The notes: generated by a model not told the origin, from the letters alone. A DNA stretch of 64,000 nucleotides from Candidatus Roizmanbacteria bacterium (GCA_038127095.1 JAYPGZ010000002.1:29502-93501), one strand, 5' to 3'. Counted from the first letter of the stretch, positions 28,767 through 39,249 are shown. A program made the numbers and translations.

Positions 28767-29471
28767 TTATATTCCTGTTACGCCAAATAATAAACCAATT
28801 CCGTATGTTATTCCCATCGCTAGTATTCCTCCGGTTACTACTCTAAAAACAGCTCGCAAAATCTGTGCTCCACCAATTTTTGCACTTATTGTACCGGTAA
28901 TTGCCAGGGCTACTACCACCGATGAAAATGCCATTGCTACTCTATATGATTCACTCGGCAAAGAAATTGCAGCTAAGGGAATAAGCGCTCCTAAGATGAA
29001 CGATACAGCAGAAGCGGCTGCCGCTTCCCATGGACTTGTTAAATTATTCGGATCAATTCCCAGCTCAATTTCTACATGAGCTGCAAATGCATCTTTTTTA
29101 GTTAATTCTCTTGCTACTTTCATGGCTGTTTTTGAAGAAAGTCCCTTTTGTTCGTAAAGATTGGCGAGCTCTCGTAATTCTTGCTGAGGAAAATGCTTTA
29201 ATTCATACGCTTCTTTTTTAAGCAACGCTCTTTCAGTGTCGCGAGAACTACTGACCGAAACATATTCTCCTGCCGCCATCGAAATTGCGCCAGCAATAAT
29301 TCCAGCAATTCCTGCCGTTAAGATTGCACTTGAAGAATTTGTTGCGCCAGCAACTCCTACAACCAAGCCCGCTATAGAAACAATGCCATCATTTGCTCCT
29401 AATACTGCAGCGCGAAGCCAGTTAAGTGAGCTGAGCGCGTCAAACGAATGTGGCTCATTATGAGTATGCAT
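28767..29471 (-). CDS. VIT1/CCC1 family iron/manganese transporter
   Basis: LRAAVLGANDGIVSIAGLVVGVAGA and the C-terminal TM bundle typical of VIT1. Confidence 0.85.
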   Translation of the reverse strand: MHTHNEPHSFDALSSLNWLRAAVLGANDGIVSIAGLVVGVAGATNSSSAILTAGIAGIIAGAISMAAGEYVSVSSSRDTERALLKKEAYELKHFPQQELRELANLYEQKGLSSKTAMKVARELTKKDAFAAHVEIELGIDPNNLTSPWEAAAASAVSFILGALIPLAAISLPSESYRVAMAFSSVVVALAITGTISAKIGGAQILRAVFRVVTGGILAMGITYGIGLLFGVTGI

Positions 29472-29500
29472 AAATTAATTATAGCGTGTAGAATTACCTA

Positions 29501-30463
29501 ATGTCGCAACTAAACTATACTCCGCTTCGACGTTCTCACTATTTGCGATCGCGATCACAAAATCGGGGAATAAGTTTTACTCTGACGGTATTAGTTGTTA
29601 CTTCGCTTCTTTCATTTCTGGGTACTAATTACGCATTACATTCGATATTTCCAATAAAAACAAATGCACAACAGGCACCGATCAAAGTGTATCCTACGCT
29701 TCCTACTTCTTCGTCACGGCTTTCAGTTGTTGTTGAAGATTCTCTTCGAGGTTCAAAGGGCACGTATGGCATATTGATTAAAAATCTTAAAACAGGAGAA
29801 ATGTATCATCATAATGAGCATATGACGTTTGAATCGGGGAGCTTATATAAATTATGGATTATGGCAACAGCGTATGAACAAATAGAGGAGGGCACGCTCA
29901 AAATCGATGACAATTTACTTGCTGATATTCCAAAACTGAATGAAAAATTCAATATAGCAACGGAGGACGCGGAATTAAAAGAGGGGGAAATTGATTTTAC
30001 AATTGGAAGTGCTTTGCGTCAGATGATTACAATCTCTCATAATTACGCAGCACTTGCGCTTTCACAAAAAGTTGGAATGAAAAATGTTAAGGCATTTTTG
30101 AAAAGTCATGATTTGACGGAATCATTTACAGGACAACCTCCAAAAGTTTCAGCCTATGACGTTGGGGTATTTCTCGAGAAATTATATGCAAGAAAATTAG
30201 TATCGCCAAGTAGTGATCACGAAATGCTTTCATTGCTAAAGGAACAAACCATTAATCATAAGCTCCCAGGAGATCTTCCTAAAAACGTAACAATCGCACA
30301 TAAAACAGGAGAAATAGGGCTATTTACCCATGACGCTGGCATAGTATATGCACAAAGCGGAGACTACATAATTGTAGCATTATCACAAAGCGACTATCCA
30401 CCTGGGGCCGAAGAACGTATTGCAACAGTATCTAAAGCAGTGTATGATTATTTCAGTGAATAA
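29501..30463 (+). CDS. serine hydrolase, class A beta-lactamase-like
   Basis: SxxK (SLYK), SxN (SHN) and KTG (HKTGE) motifs with an N-terminal anchor. Confidence 0.7.
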   Translation: MSQLNYTPLRRSHYLRSRSQNRGISFTLTVLVVTSLLSFLGTNYALHSIFPIKTNAQQAPIKVYPTLPTSSSRLSVVVEDSLRGSKGTYGILIKNLKTGEMYHHNEHMTFESGSLYKLWIMATAYEQIEEGTLKIDDNLLADIPKLNEKFNIATEDAELKEGEIDFTIGSALRQMITISHNYAALALSQKVGMKNVKAFLKSHDLTESFTGQPPKVSAYDVGVFLEKLYARKLVSPSSDHEMLSLLKEQTINHKLPGDLPKNVTIAHKTGEIGLFTHDAGIVYAQSGDYIIVALSQSDYPPGAEERIATVSKAVYDYFSE

Positions 30464-31385
30464 ACTGAAAACATTTGGTCCTCTTTTTGTTGTAATTGGC
30501 GCGCTCTTATGGAGCTTTGACGGTTTGCTGCGTGTTAGTCTTTATTCTCTTCCTCCGGCGGTAATTGTTTTTTACGAACATCTTTTGGGGGCACTTATTT
30601 TATTGCTTATTTCGTTTAAATGGTTCCATGATTTAAAAAAACTTACCCGAAAGGAATGGATTGCCATGGGGTGTGTTGCATTATTTTCAGGAGCATTAGG
30701 AACCATTTTTTACACATCGGCACTGCAGTATATTAATTACACGCAATATTCAGTTGTAGTTTTACTTCAGCAACTACAACCAATATGGGCAATTGGCATG
30801 GCAGCAATTTTGTTGAAGGAAAAAATTACAAAAGGATTTATAGGGTGGGCTTTGCTCGCATTAATTGCAGCATATTTTATTTCCTTTAAGGATTTGCAAG
30901 TAAATCTAGATACGGGTGCAGGAACGCTTAAAGCGGCATTGTTAGCATTGGGAGCAGGAGTTATGTGGGGATCATCTACGGCTATTTCGAAATATGTTTT
31001 AAACAAAGTATCGTTTCTAACAGGAACCGCAATGCGTTTTTTTATGGCGCCTATTTTCGCGCTACTCATTGTAATGAGCAATAATCAAACAAGTGCGCTG
31101 TATACGCTAACTTCTTCTCAGTGGCAAACGTTAATTATTATTACGTTTTCAACAGGTATGCTTGCATTAGCAGTGTATTATTATGGACTTAAAAAAACTC
31201 CCGCTCGAATTACAACATTGTGTGAATTGGTTTGGCCTGCAAGTGCAATCATAATTGACTATACATATTTTCACCGAACACTTTCAGCAACGCAAATTTT
31301 TGGAATCTTTTTATTGGGAATTGCGATTTATCACGTAACAAAACCGCTAGCCAAAAAAAGTGATCTATCACTGCGATCAGAATAA
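30444..31385 (+). CDS. DMT/EamA family transporter
   Basis: Ten hydrophobic helices in two EamA-like halves. The start is uncertain (ATG 30420 or 30444, or GTG 30456). Confidence 0.75.
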   Translation: MIISVNKLKTFGPLFVVIGALLWSFDGLLRVSLYSLPPAVIVFYEHLLGALILLLISFKWFHDLKKLTRKEWIAMGCVALFSGALGTIFYTSALQYINYTQYSVVVLLQQLQPIWAIGMAAILLKEKITKGFIGWALLALIAAYFISFKDLQVNLDTGAGTLKAALLALGAGVMWGSSTAISKYVLNKVSFLTGTAMRFFMAPIFALLIVMSNNQTSALYTLTSSQWQTLIIITFSTGMLALAVYYYGLKKTPARITTLCELVWPASAIIIDYTYFHRTLSATQIFGIFLLGIAIYHVTKPLAKKSDLSLRSE

Positions 31386-31389
31386 TCTG

Positions 31390-31767
31390 CTAGTTTTTCG
31401 AATGTGCAAAATACGTACGAATATTTGAAACGTCTTCTTTAATTTGTTTTATTAAGTCATTTACGGAGTCGAATTTCATATTGTCTCGAATTTTTTTATG
31501 TAAAACAATTTTTACATTTTTACCATAGATATTTTGATCAAAGTCCATAATGTAGCTTTCCAGCTTATAATCATTTTCCCCAAATGTTTTAACTTCTCCA
31601 ACAAATGACGCGGCAATATATTCATTTTTATCTATATAAACATGCGAAGCATATATACCCGATTCAATGGGTTGATTGAGAACTAAGTTAATAGTAGGAA
31701 ATCCCAAATCTTTTCCTCTTTTCTTTCCTTCAACAACAGTTCCGGTAATTGTATAGAGCGCGTCCAT
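31390..31767 (-). CDS. riboflavin kinase (stand-alone)
   Basis: GKKRGKDLGFPTINL motif. ATG at 31767 (MDALYTITG...) is preferred to 31779. Confidence 0.7.
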   Translation of the reverse strand: MDALYTITGTVVEGKKRGKDLGFPTINLVLNQPIESGIYASHVYIDKNEYIAASFVGEVKTFGENDYKLESYIMDFDQNIYGKNVKIVLHKKIRDNMKFDSVNDLIKQIKEDVSNIRTYFAHSKN

Positions 31768-31809
31768 ATAAATTTGCAAATTTTAGTTATTCAAGTATAC
31801 TCTATTGCA

Positions 31810-32337
31810 ATGGAAACAGCAGTATTTGGAGGAGGGTGTTTTTGGTGCACCGAAGCGATATTTCAGCAATTAAACGGAGTTTCATCGGTGATTTCTGGAT
31901 ATGCCGGAGGAACCATGAGCAATCCCTCGTATCATGATGTATCAACAGGCGAGACAGGACATGCAGAAGTTATTAAAATTGAATTTGATCCGAAAATAAT
32001 TCCATACAATGATTTAGTAGATATATTTTTTAGCACACATAATCCCACGTCATATAATCGGCAAGGAAATGACATTGGTCCGCAATATCGTTCAATTATT
32101 TTATATACAACCGAAGAACAAAAAGTCATTGCCCAACAAGCACGTGATGCACTAATTTCCTCGGGTCAATACGAAGGACCGATTGTTACCGAAATTGAAC
32201 CATTAAAAGAATTTTATGCTGCCGAACAATATCATCAAGATTATTACAATCGGAACAAAAATGATGGGTATTGCGAAGTAATTATTTCGCCAAAGTTACA
32301 AAAATTACGAGAAAAATATTCGGATAAATTAAAATAA
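31810..32337 (+). CDS. msrA: peptide-methionine (S)-S-oxide reductase MsrA
   Basis: GGGCFWC active site. Start at ATG 31810 (METAVFGGG). Confidence 0.9.
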   Translation: METAVFGGGCFWCTEAIFQQLNGVSSVISGYAGGTMSNPSYHDVSTGETGHAEVIKIEFDPKIIPYNDLVDIFFSTHNPTSYNRQGNDIGPQYRSIILYTTEEQKVIAQQARDALISSGQYEGPIVTEIEPLKEFYAAEQYHQDYYNRNKNDGYCEVIISPKLQKLREKYSDKLK

Positions 32338-32338
32338 T

Positions 32339-32701
32339 ATGAAACTCAATAAACTAACTCCTGAAGAAGAACGAGTAATACTCTATAAGGGAACAGAGGC
32401 ATCTTTCACGGGAGAATATGATACGACCTTTCGAGAGGGGACATATATCTGTCGTCAATGTGAAACTCCTCTATATACTTCAGATAGTAAATTTCATTCC
32501 GGATGTGGGTGGCCTAGTTTTGATCAGGAAATTCCCGGTGCTGTTAAGCGCACTCTCGATGCAGATGGAAGTAGAGTGGAAATAACCTGCAACTCGTGCG
32601 GAGGGCATTTGGGTCATGTTTTCGAGGGCGAACGATTTACCGAAAAAAATACTCGACATTGTGTGAATTCAATTTCACTGAAATTTGTGCTGAAAAGGTA
32701 A
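32339..32701 (+). CDS. msrB: peptide-methionine (R)-S-oxide reductase MsrB
   Basis: Two CxxC zinc sites and the catalytic RHCVNS. Confidence 0.9.
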   Translation: MKLNKLTPEEERVILYKGTEASFTGEYDTTFREGTYICRQCETPLYTSDSKFHSGCGWPSFDQEIPGAVKRTLDADGSRVEITCNSCGGHLGHVFEGERFTEKNTRHCVNSISLKFVLKR

Positions 32702-32715
32702 GGATGACTCCGGAC

Positions 32716-33186
32716 CTATTCTCTTCTCAAAAGCTTGAGCATTGCAAACATAAATCGTGATTGAACAGCATCTTTATTTCGACGCGTATGTGTTTTAATA
32801 AATTCAGAAGTTTGGGCGATGTCGTCATCTTGCTTATTTTTAGATAGTGTAATTTTTTTTGCAAGATCATAAATTTCTTCTTCATCGGCGGTAAATTCAT
32901 ATCCGTTGTATTGTAAGAAAACTCCTGCGGCGACAATTGAAACTCGCTTGTTCCCATTATTAAAAGGGTGGATTTTGTTTATGAAATACATATAGCATGC
33001 AGTTTTTGTATAGATATCTGGATATAAATCTTTTTTTCCAAAGGTGCGAGCGGGGGAAGCGATTACTCCATCTAATTTATCAAAATATGTATGTTTGTAT
33101 ACGGGAATAGGATCGTTGTTTTTCTTAAAAAAAGAAGCAAGTTCACTGCAGATAACCTCAAAATCTGATAGTGTTAAATAAACCAT
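32716..33186 (-). CDS. doc: Doc (death-on-curing) / Fic-fold toxin
   Basis: Fic motif HPFNNGNKRVSIVAAGVFL in a 156-aa protein. Confidence 0.85.
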   Translation of the reverse strand: MVYLTLSDFEVICSELASFFKKNNDPIPVYKHTYFDKLDGVIASPARTFGKKDLYPDIYTKTACYMYFINKIHPFNNGNKRVSIVAAGVFLQYNGYEFTADEEEIYDLAKKITLSKNKQDDDIAQTSEFIKTHTRRNKDAVQSRFMFAMLKLLRRE

Positions 33187-33320
33187 TATTCATACGACAA
33201 ACGCTTAAGTGTTTTGCCATATTTTTTAATCATAACACGAGTGTATTTTCGTGTAGTTTCTTCACGTTTTGGAGATTTATTTAATAGCTTAGCCACGAGC
33301 TTGGAGAATTTTTTTTGCAT
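33186..33320 (-). CDS. putative antitoxin (44-aa basic protein)
   Basis: Unlisted ORF MQKKFSKLVAKLLNKSPKREETTRKYTRVMIKKYGKTLKRLSYE. Its TAA shares one nucleotide with the doc ATG (TAATG), which suggests translational coupling. Confidence 0.45.
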   Translation of the reverse strand: MQKKFSKLVAKLLNKSPKREETTRKYTRVMIKKYGKTLKRLSYE

Positions 33321-33476
33321 TTCAATAATGTATCAGATTGATATCGTAAATGCAAGTAGGCGAGAAAGTTGAGTAACGATTTCTTACTGTTTACGTGATG
33401 ACAAAGTGGTACGTGAAATAATTATGTCACGCAAGCGGCAGGGCTCACAATGACCGTTCATGTTATAATTCCATAA

Positions 33477-34031
33477 ATGACACACGGAAAAATAATCTTT
33501 CAAGGAGAAACGGAAAACGGCAATGGTTTTGTGATACGATATCCAAAATCAGATGATGTTCGAATGCTTCATCGCTACATCAATACTCTTTCTAAAGAAC
33601 AAACATACGTTACATTTCAAGGTGAAACTATTTCTTTAAAAAAAGAGCAGGAATTTTTAGATTACCAACTAAAGCGTATAGGTCAAAAACTCGCAATGCT
33701 CTTACTTCTTGATGTAGATGGACTCGTTGCAGGAGTAGGAGGAATTGATTTAAAAGACCATACGTCATCACATGTTGGATTGATGACAATTTCACTTGCA
33801 AAGGAATTTCGGGGTAAAGGAATTGGTGGATTATTTTTAGATAAATTGATAGAAGAGGCGAAAATTAATTTAACCGATATGAAATTGATTACGTTATCGG
33901 TATTTGCAGTGAATACAGCAGCAATTAATTTGTATCAGCGTTTTGGATTTATTGAGTACGGTAGATTGCCCGGTGGAATATTTTACAAAGGTGAATTTGT
34001 AGATCAGATTGAAATGTGTAAAGAGGTGTAG
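33477..34031 (+). CDS. GNAT family N-acetyltransferase
   Basis: Acetyl-CoA motif A (EFRGKGIGGLFL); 184 aa. Confidence 0.8.
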   Translation: MTHGKIIFQGETENGNGFVIRYPKSDDVRMLHRYINTLSKEQTYVTFQGETISLKKEQEFLDYQLKRIGQKLAMLLLLDVDGLVAGVGGIDLKDHTSSHVGLMTISLAKEFRGKGIGGLFLDKLIEEAKINLTDMKLITLSVFAVNTAAINLYQRFGFIEYGRLPGGIFYKGEFVDQIEMCKEV

Positions 34032-34059
34032 TGCTGACATATGGTACAATCGATCGTAT

Positions 34060-35349
34060 ATGATTCGTTTGTTGCTAGCAGTTTTTTTTGGAAAAGCGAC
34101 CGCATTTTTTATACGTACTTTTACTCAGTCAGGAGGCAGTGCAGCTCCTGGTCTTGTTGCATTATATATTGACCCGAAATTGATTCGCAAACTTTCAAAA
34201 CAGATTCCTCAAAACATTGTTGTCACAGGAACTAATGGGAAAACAACAACTTCAGGAATGATCGCACACATACTCTTACAGAGTGGTATGCAGATTTTAC
34301 ACAATGGAACTGGATCTAATTTATCACGTGGCGTCGCGTCAAAACTTGTTGCTGAAAGCTCTTTATTTGGAAGAATTTCTAATGTAAAAATTGGAATTTG
34401 GGAAGCTGATGAAGCAGCATTTGTCGATATTGTTTCTCAGGTAAAACCACAACATATTGTTTTACTAAATATATTTCGTGATCAATTAGACCGCTATGGA
34501 GAAATAGATACGATTATTGAAAAGTGGAAAAAAGCTCTTGAAAGTGCTTCTTGGCAAAAAACAATCTACATTAATGGTGACGATGGGCATTTGGAAGTAT
34601 TTAAAAAAAGCACAAACACTAGTATTCAAACTTTTGGAATTGCAGGGAGTCCGGTACGTTTTGAGAAAAAATCTGACGAAGTACATTTTACTGTTAAGGC
34701 GCAAATACTTACTGTCGATATTGATGGTGCAGAAATTGTATATAGCCATAATGGTTTTGGGCAAAAGGTACTGCTTCCAATTGTGGGGGCATACAATGTA
34801 TATAACTTTTTAGCTGCATATTTAGTAACAAGCGAGTTGAAGATTTCGTCGGAAGAAATAGTAGGAGCTCTGGATTCATTTACACCTGCTTTTGGTAGGA
34901 TGGAGAAAATTCAAATAAAAGATCGTAGCGGATTGATTGCGCTTATTAAAAACCCAACAGGTACTACACAGGTATTGGAAACAATTCAACCAATGGTAAA
35001 AAAACAGGATACAGTAATAATTTTACTTAACGATAATATTGCCGATGGTACTGATGTCTCATGGATTTGGGATGCACAGTTTGAAAATATTTCTCCCAAA
35101 CTTTTTAAAATATTTGTAACTGGTACTCGAAGATTTGATATGGTATTACGATTGGTTTATGCAGGGGTGGATAAAGAAATGATTGATGTTGAAGAAACAA
35201 TTGATGGAATTTTTACAAAAGTCGCTGGTAGCCCAAAGGATGGGCGCATATTTATCTTACCAACATATACTGCTCTATTAGAATTGCAAGAATATTTAAA
35301 AGAGAACGGTTATAAAAATGAACATTGGCACGGCGAGCATAAAATATGA
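34060..35349 (+). CDS. murT: Mur ligase family protein, lipid II isoglutaminyl synthase subunit MurT
   Basis: P-loop VTGTNGKTTT and a MurT-type C-terminal domain. It is followed, with an overlap, by gatD. Start moved to ATG 34060. Confidence 0.8.
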   Translation: MIRLLLAVFFGKATAFFIRTFTQSGGSAAPGLVALYIDPKLIRKLSKQIPQNIVVTGTNGKTTTSGMIAHILLQSGMQILHNGTGSNLSRGVASKLVAESSLFGRISNVKIGIWEADEAAFVDIVSQVKPQHIVLLNIFRDQLDRYGEIDTIIEKWKKALESASWQKTIYINGDDGHLEVFKKSTNTSIQTFGIAGSPVRFEKKSDEVHFTVKAQILTVDIDGAEIVYSHNGFGQKVLLPIVGAYNVYNFLAAYLVTSELKISSEEIVGALDSFTPAFGRMEKIQIKDRSGLIALIKNPTGTTQVLETIQPMVKKQDTVIILLNDNIADGTDVSWIWDAQFENISPKLFKIFVTGTRRFDMVLRLVYAGVDKEMIDVEETIDGIFTKVAGSPKDGRIFILPTYTALLELQEYLKENGYKNEHWHGEHKI

Positions 35350-36062
35350 AATTAACAATCGGATATTTATACGGAGATGTAATGAATATTTATGGTGATA
35401 CCGGTAATATTATTGCACTTCAATACCGTGCAAAACTTCATTCGGTTGAAACAGAAGTGAAAATGATTTCGATCGGCACATCGTACAAAGAGCATGTTGC
35501 TGATATTCTATTTTTTGGGGGAGGGCAAGATGCAAGCCAGATTGATGTTGCAAAAGATTTGCAAAAAACGACTGGAAAAATAATTAAAAAAGAAATTGAA
35601 CGGGGAATTCCACTGCTCTCAATTTGCGGGGGATATCAGTTGCTCGGGGAGTATTATCAACCCCAAGATGCCGAAAAACTGCCGGGCATAGAAGTCTTTG
35701 GAGCGTATACTGTTGCAGGCACCAAACGCATGATTGGAAATATTGTTGTAGATTCCAGTTGGGGAAAGCTCGTTGGCTTTGAAAATCATAGTGGAAAAAC
35801 ATTTTTACACGACAAAACTACAAAATTAGGTACTGTGCTTGCGGGCTATGGCAACAACGGTGAAGATACAACGGAAGGTTGTGTATACAAAAATGCAATA
35901 GGCTGTTATATGCATGGATCGTTACTTCCTAAAAATCCCATATTAACGGATTGGTTTATCAAAACCGCACTCAGCGTAAAATATAATAAAGAAATATCAC
36001 TCAGCGATGTAGATTCAACCGTTGAAGATAAGGCAAGAAAACACTTTCTTTCTGAAGATTAA
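35346..36062 (+). CDS. gatD: glutamine amidotransferase GatD (CobB/CobQ-like)
   Basis: Nucleophile Cys in LLSICGGYQLLG; 238 aa; overlaps murT by 4 nt. Confidence 0.8.
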   Translation: MKLTIGYLYGDVMNIYGDTGNIIALQYRAKLHSVETEVKMISIGTSYKEHVADILFFGGGQDASQIDVAKDLQKTTGKIIKKEIERGIPLLSICGGYQLLGEYYQPQDAEKLPGIEVFGAYTVAGTKRMIGNIVVDSSWGKLVGFENHSGKTFLHDKTTKLGTVLAGYGNNGEDTTEGCVYKNAIGCYMHGSLLPKNPILTDWFIKTALSVKYNKEISLSDVDSTVEDKARKHFLSED

Positions 36063-36078
36063 CTTGTATAATGTTCAT

Positions 36079-37083
36079 ATGTCGAACGATGAGCACACAG
36101 AAGTAACTCCGAGTTGGACCGCGCTATTGCGAATTGTAATTGTAGGCCTAGCATTGTATGTTGTGTGGAAACTACACGGAGTCATTATTATTGTGCTGTT
36201 GGCAACAATGCTATCTTCTGCACTGTATCCAACTGTTCGCTACTTGTCTAAATGGGTATCGCTTACGGTTGCTTCAATAATTACTCTTGCGGTCCTAACC
36301 GTGCCTTTAATTACGACCATTGCTGTAATTATTCCTAATTTTATTGAGCAGTTTCCTAGTTTGTTAGAAACGCTAAATGGGATTGTGGTTCGTTCAACTT
36401 TTTTACCTCAGTCTCTTAAACAGATTGATTTTACGCAATACACACAAAGCAGTATAAGTTATTTGCTTAATTCTTCAGCCCAAATCACCGGTTTTATTGC
36501 TACTGTTATTACAATCCTTTTTATGACACTGTATATTCTTATTGATTCGCGAAGACTGCGAAGAATATTATTTAGCATGATTCCAGCGGTGCAACGAGAC
36601 GATTATTTGGAAATGTTACGAGAGCTATATGTTATTAATGGGCATTATATTCGAGGAAACTTACTCATTTCGATTACATGTACTACTATCATATCTACGG
36701 GGTTACTGGCACTTAACGTGCCATATGCAGTACCGTTGGGAATTTTGGCGGGTATCCTAGATCTGCTTCCACTTATTGGAGCCTTAACAGGAGCTATTCC
36801 ATCACTCATTATTGCTTTTGCAGTAAATCCAACAACAGGACTACTTACTTTAGTGTTATTTATTTTATATCAACAGTTTGAAAATAACATTTTGGCTCCA
36901 AGTATTTACAAACGAGTTCTTGACTTATCACCGTCGCTGAGTTTGCTCTCTGTTATTATTGGAGCGACATTGTTTGGTATGAGCGGTGCATTTATTGCTC
37001 TACCTTTTGCTGCAAGTGTCCCAACGATTTTGGACTTCTTAAATAGCGAACATATCATGAAAAAAAGAACTAAGTTGCGCTAA
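36079..37083 (+). CDS. AI-2E family transporter (PerM-like)
   Basis: Eight TM helices and the conserved C-terminal LDLLPLIGA block. ATG at 36079. Confidence 0.75.
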   Translation: MSNDEHTEVTPSWTALLRIVIVGLALYVVWKLHGVIIIVLLATMLSSALYPTVRYLSKWVSLTVASIITLAVLTVPLITTIAVIIPNFIEQFPSLLETLNGIVVRSTFLPQSLKQIDFTQYTQSSISYLLNSSAQITGFIATVITILFMTLYILIDSRRLRRILFSMIPAVQRDDYLEMLRELYVINGHYIRGNLLISITCTTIISTGLLALNVPYAVPLGILAGILDLLPLIGALTGAIPSLIIAFAVNPTTGLLTLVLFILYQQFENNILAPSIYKRVLDLSPSLSLLSVIIGATLFGMSGAFIALPFAASVPTILDFLNSEHIMKKRTKLR

Positions 37084-37103
37084 ACTCTGGTATACTTTCC
37101 GCT

Positions 37104-38009
37104 ATGGACGATGACAAATATAAGGCTGTTTGGCTTTCATATTCTGGAATGAAGGATTTTACGAATTGTCCCCGCGCATATTATTACCGATACGTATATA
37201 AAAATCCACGAACTGGAAAGAAGATTAGTATTGCAAAACCCGCACTTTCATTAGGTCAAACTGTTCATGGAGTACTGGATCAGATTTCTATACTTCCATC
37301 GGCAAATCGCTTCGACGTTCCTCTTCGTGATCGTTTCGAAGCTGAATGGAAATCTATTTCTGGAAAAAAAGGAGGTTTTTCAAATTCGCAGGAAGAGAGT
37401 CTGTATAAAGAACGGGGAGCTGCAATGATTGATCGTATTGCTCAACACCCAGGAATTCTTACACTACCTGCTGTAAAAATGAAAGATCAACTGCCGTATT
37501 ATTGGATTTCTCGAGATGAAAACTTAATACTTTGTGGAAAAATTGACTGGCTACAGTACGATGAAACAACCGATTCCGTAAGAATTATTGATTTTAAGAC
37601 TGGAAAAGGAAAGGAGCATAATGGGTCATTGCAATTACCAATTTATTATTTGTTGGCAACTCATTGTCAAAAAAGAGCGGTAGCGGGTGCAAGTTATTGG
37701 TATTTGGAAAGCGACAATGATCCAATTTCTGTTGACTTGCCCAATGAAAAAGATTCAGAAAAGCAAATCATGGATATTGGGCTTCGCTTAAAACTTGCTC
37801 GTCAATTAAATCATTTCAAGTGTATAAGCGATGATAAAATGGGCTGTAGGTATTGCGCGCCACTTCAAGCTGTAGTAGAAGGAAAGGGTGAATTTGTTGG
37901 CAATTCTCACTGGGGCGACGAAATATATTACCTGTCTGCGCAGGCAGTAAGCCTTTCAACAGGAAGTCCACGAACTGTTTCCATGGACATTCCTGATGAA
38001 GAAGAATAA
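37104..38009 (+). CDS. PD-(D/E)XK nuclease, Cas4/AddB-like with four Cys
   Basis: GKIDWL...IIDFKTGK (D...D/ExK) plus one N-terminal Cys (NCPRAYYY) and C-x8-C-x2-C near the C-terminus. Confidence 0.65.
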   Translation: MDDDKYKAVWLSYSGMKDFTNCPRAYYYRYVYKNPRTGKKISIAKPALSLGQTVHGVLDQISILPSANRFDVPLRDRFEAEWKSISGKKGGFSNSQEESLYKERGAAMIDRIAQHPGILTLPAVKMKDQLPYYWISRDENLILCGKIDWLQYDETTDSVRIIDFKTGKGKEHNGSLQLPIYYLLATHCQKRAVAGASYWYLESDNDPISVDLPNEKDSEKQIMDIGLRLKLARQLNHFKCISDDKMGCRYCAPLQAVVEGKGEFVGNSHWGDEIYYLSAQAVSLSTGSPRTVSMDIPDEEE

Positions 38010-38027
38010 TGATCGAGTATGTCGATA

Positions 38028-38243
38028 TTATTTTTTACTGCACATCTTACAATATGTCATGTGCATCATTAAGTCAATAACTGCACTAAGTCCGACTAAA
38101 ATATACACAACTTTTTCAAGCATTGATCCTTGTCCCAAAAGAGAAGCCACGAGATTTACATCGAAAAGTCCAACCAGACCCCAGTTTAATGCTCCAACTA
38201 CTACTAAAAGGTAGGTTAAGGAATGTAGTGGTTTATGTTCCAT
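38028..38243 (-). CDS. DUF378 domain-containing membrane protein
   Basis: VVVGALNWGLVGLFDVNLVA block. ATG at 38243, with GGAAGGGAGGTGAAC 5 nt upstream, is preferred to the GTG at 38252. Confidence 0.75.
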   Translation of the reverse strand: MEHKPLHSLTYLLVVVGALNWGLVGLFDVNLVASLLGQGSMLEKVVYILVGLSAVIDLMMHMTYCKMCSKK

Positions 38244-38385
38244 ATAGTTCACCTCCCTTCCAGCCCGCCAGTAGGCAGGCGATCACTTCGTTGGCTCAGG
38301 GTATGCAACCCTTCGCTTATCTTGATTCTAGATGCATTTGTATATAAAAAGCAAGCGGGTAAATTCATGATACAATTGGATTCTT

Positions 38386-39249
38386 ATGAAAAGAAAAACA
38401 ATGATTATAACGGGTTGCTCAAGTGGATTTGGATACGAAAGTGCACTAGCGTTTGCTCAAGAAGGACATATTGTTTTTGCAGGAGTCCGAAATCTGAAAA
38501 GTGACGGTACAAAAAAACTTCAATCACTTATAAATAAAAACAAGTTACCTATTACAATAGTTGTCCTCGACGTAAACTCTGACAAATCGGTAAATACTGC
38601 AATAGCGCACATTCTCAAAAAGACTCCTCGAATTGATGTGCTGATCAATAATGCAGGGTATGGCACGCGTGGTCCAATAGAAGACTTTTCCATTGATGAG
38701 GTAAGAGCACAATTTGAAACTAATTTTTTTGGGGTATTGCGGATGATAAAAGCGGTAGTGCCTGTAATGCGCAAGCAAAAGTCGGGCCTAATTATTAATT
38801 TCAGTTCGATAAGTGGTTTAGTTTCCTTTCCGTTATTTAGTATTTATTCTGCATCGAAATATGCCATTGAAACCTTGACCGAAGGATTGTGGTTTGAATT
38901 AAAACATTTTGGAATTAATGTATGTATGGTAGAACCAGGGTCGTTTAAAACGAACTTTTCGGACAATCGCAAAGATGCAGAATCTATGTATCGGACTAAC
39001 TCTCCATATAAAAAGTTAATCACAACATTTGACTCACGCTATAAAAAAACACATGCAAAAACGAGTGGAATAACGTCGAAACAAAAGGGGCCAGAAGAAG
39101 TTGTTAATACTCTCATAGAGATTATTGAGACTGATTCGCCAAAATTACGATACCGAATTGGAAACGACGCGCACAAAAATTATTGGATCCGGAAATTGAT
39201 GCCAGATTTTCTGTGGATTAAGCTGTTGAGGAAAATATATAGGTGGTAA
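38386..39249 (+). CDS. SDR family oxidoreductase
   Basis: TGCSSGFG (TGxxxGxG) and YSASK (YxxxK). Confidence 0.85.
   Translation: MKRKTMIITGCSSGFGYESALAFAQEGHIVFAGVRNLKSDGTKKLQSLINKNKLPITIVVLDVNSDKSVNTAIAHILKKTPRIDVLINNAGYGTRGPIEDFSIDEVRAQFETNFFGVLRMIKAVVPVMRKQKSGLIINFSSISGLVSFPLFSIYSASKYAIETLTEGLWFELKHFGINVCMVEPGSFKTNFSDNRKDAESMYRTNSPYKKLITTFDSRYKKTHAKTSGITSKQKGPEEVVNTLIEIIETDSPKLRYRIGNDAHKNYWIRKLMPDFLWIKLLRKIYRW

Noticed and set aside
38123-38504. + strand ORFs 38123..38347 and 38235..38504, and the idea of a known riboswitch in the DUF378 leader (38253-38350, minus strand).
   Set aside because: The ORFs overlap the DUF378 gene and its leader and have implausible products. The leader has two hairpins, but I could not match it to any riboswitch consensus I know, so only the SD and hairpin observation is reported.
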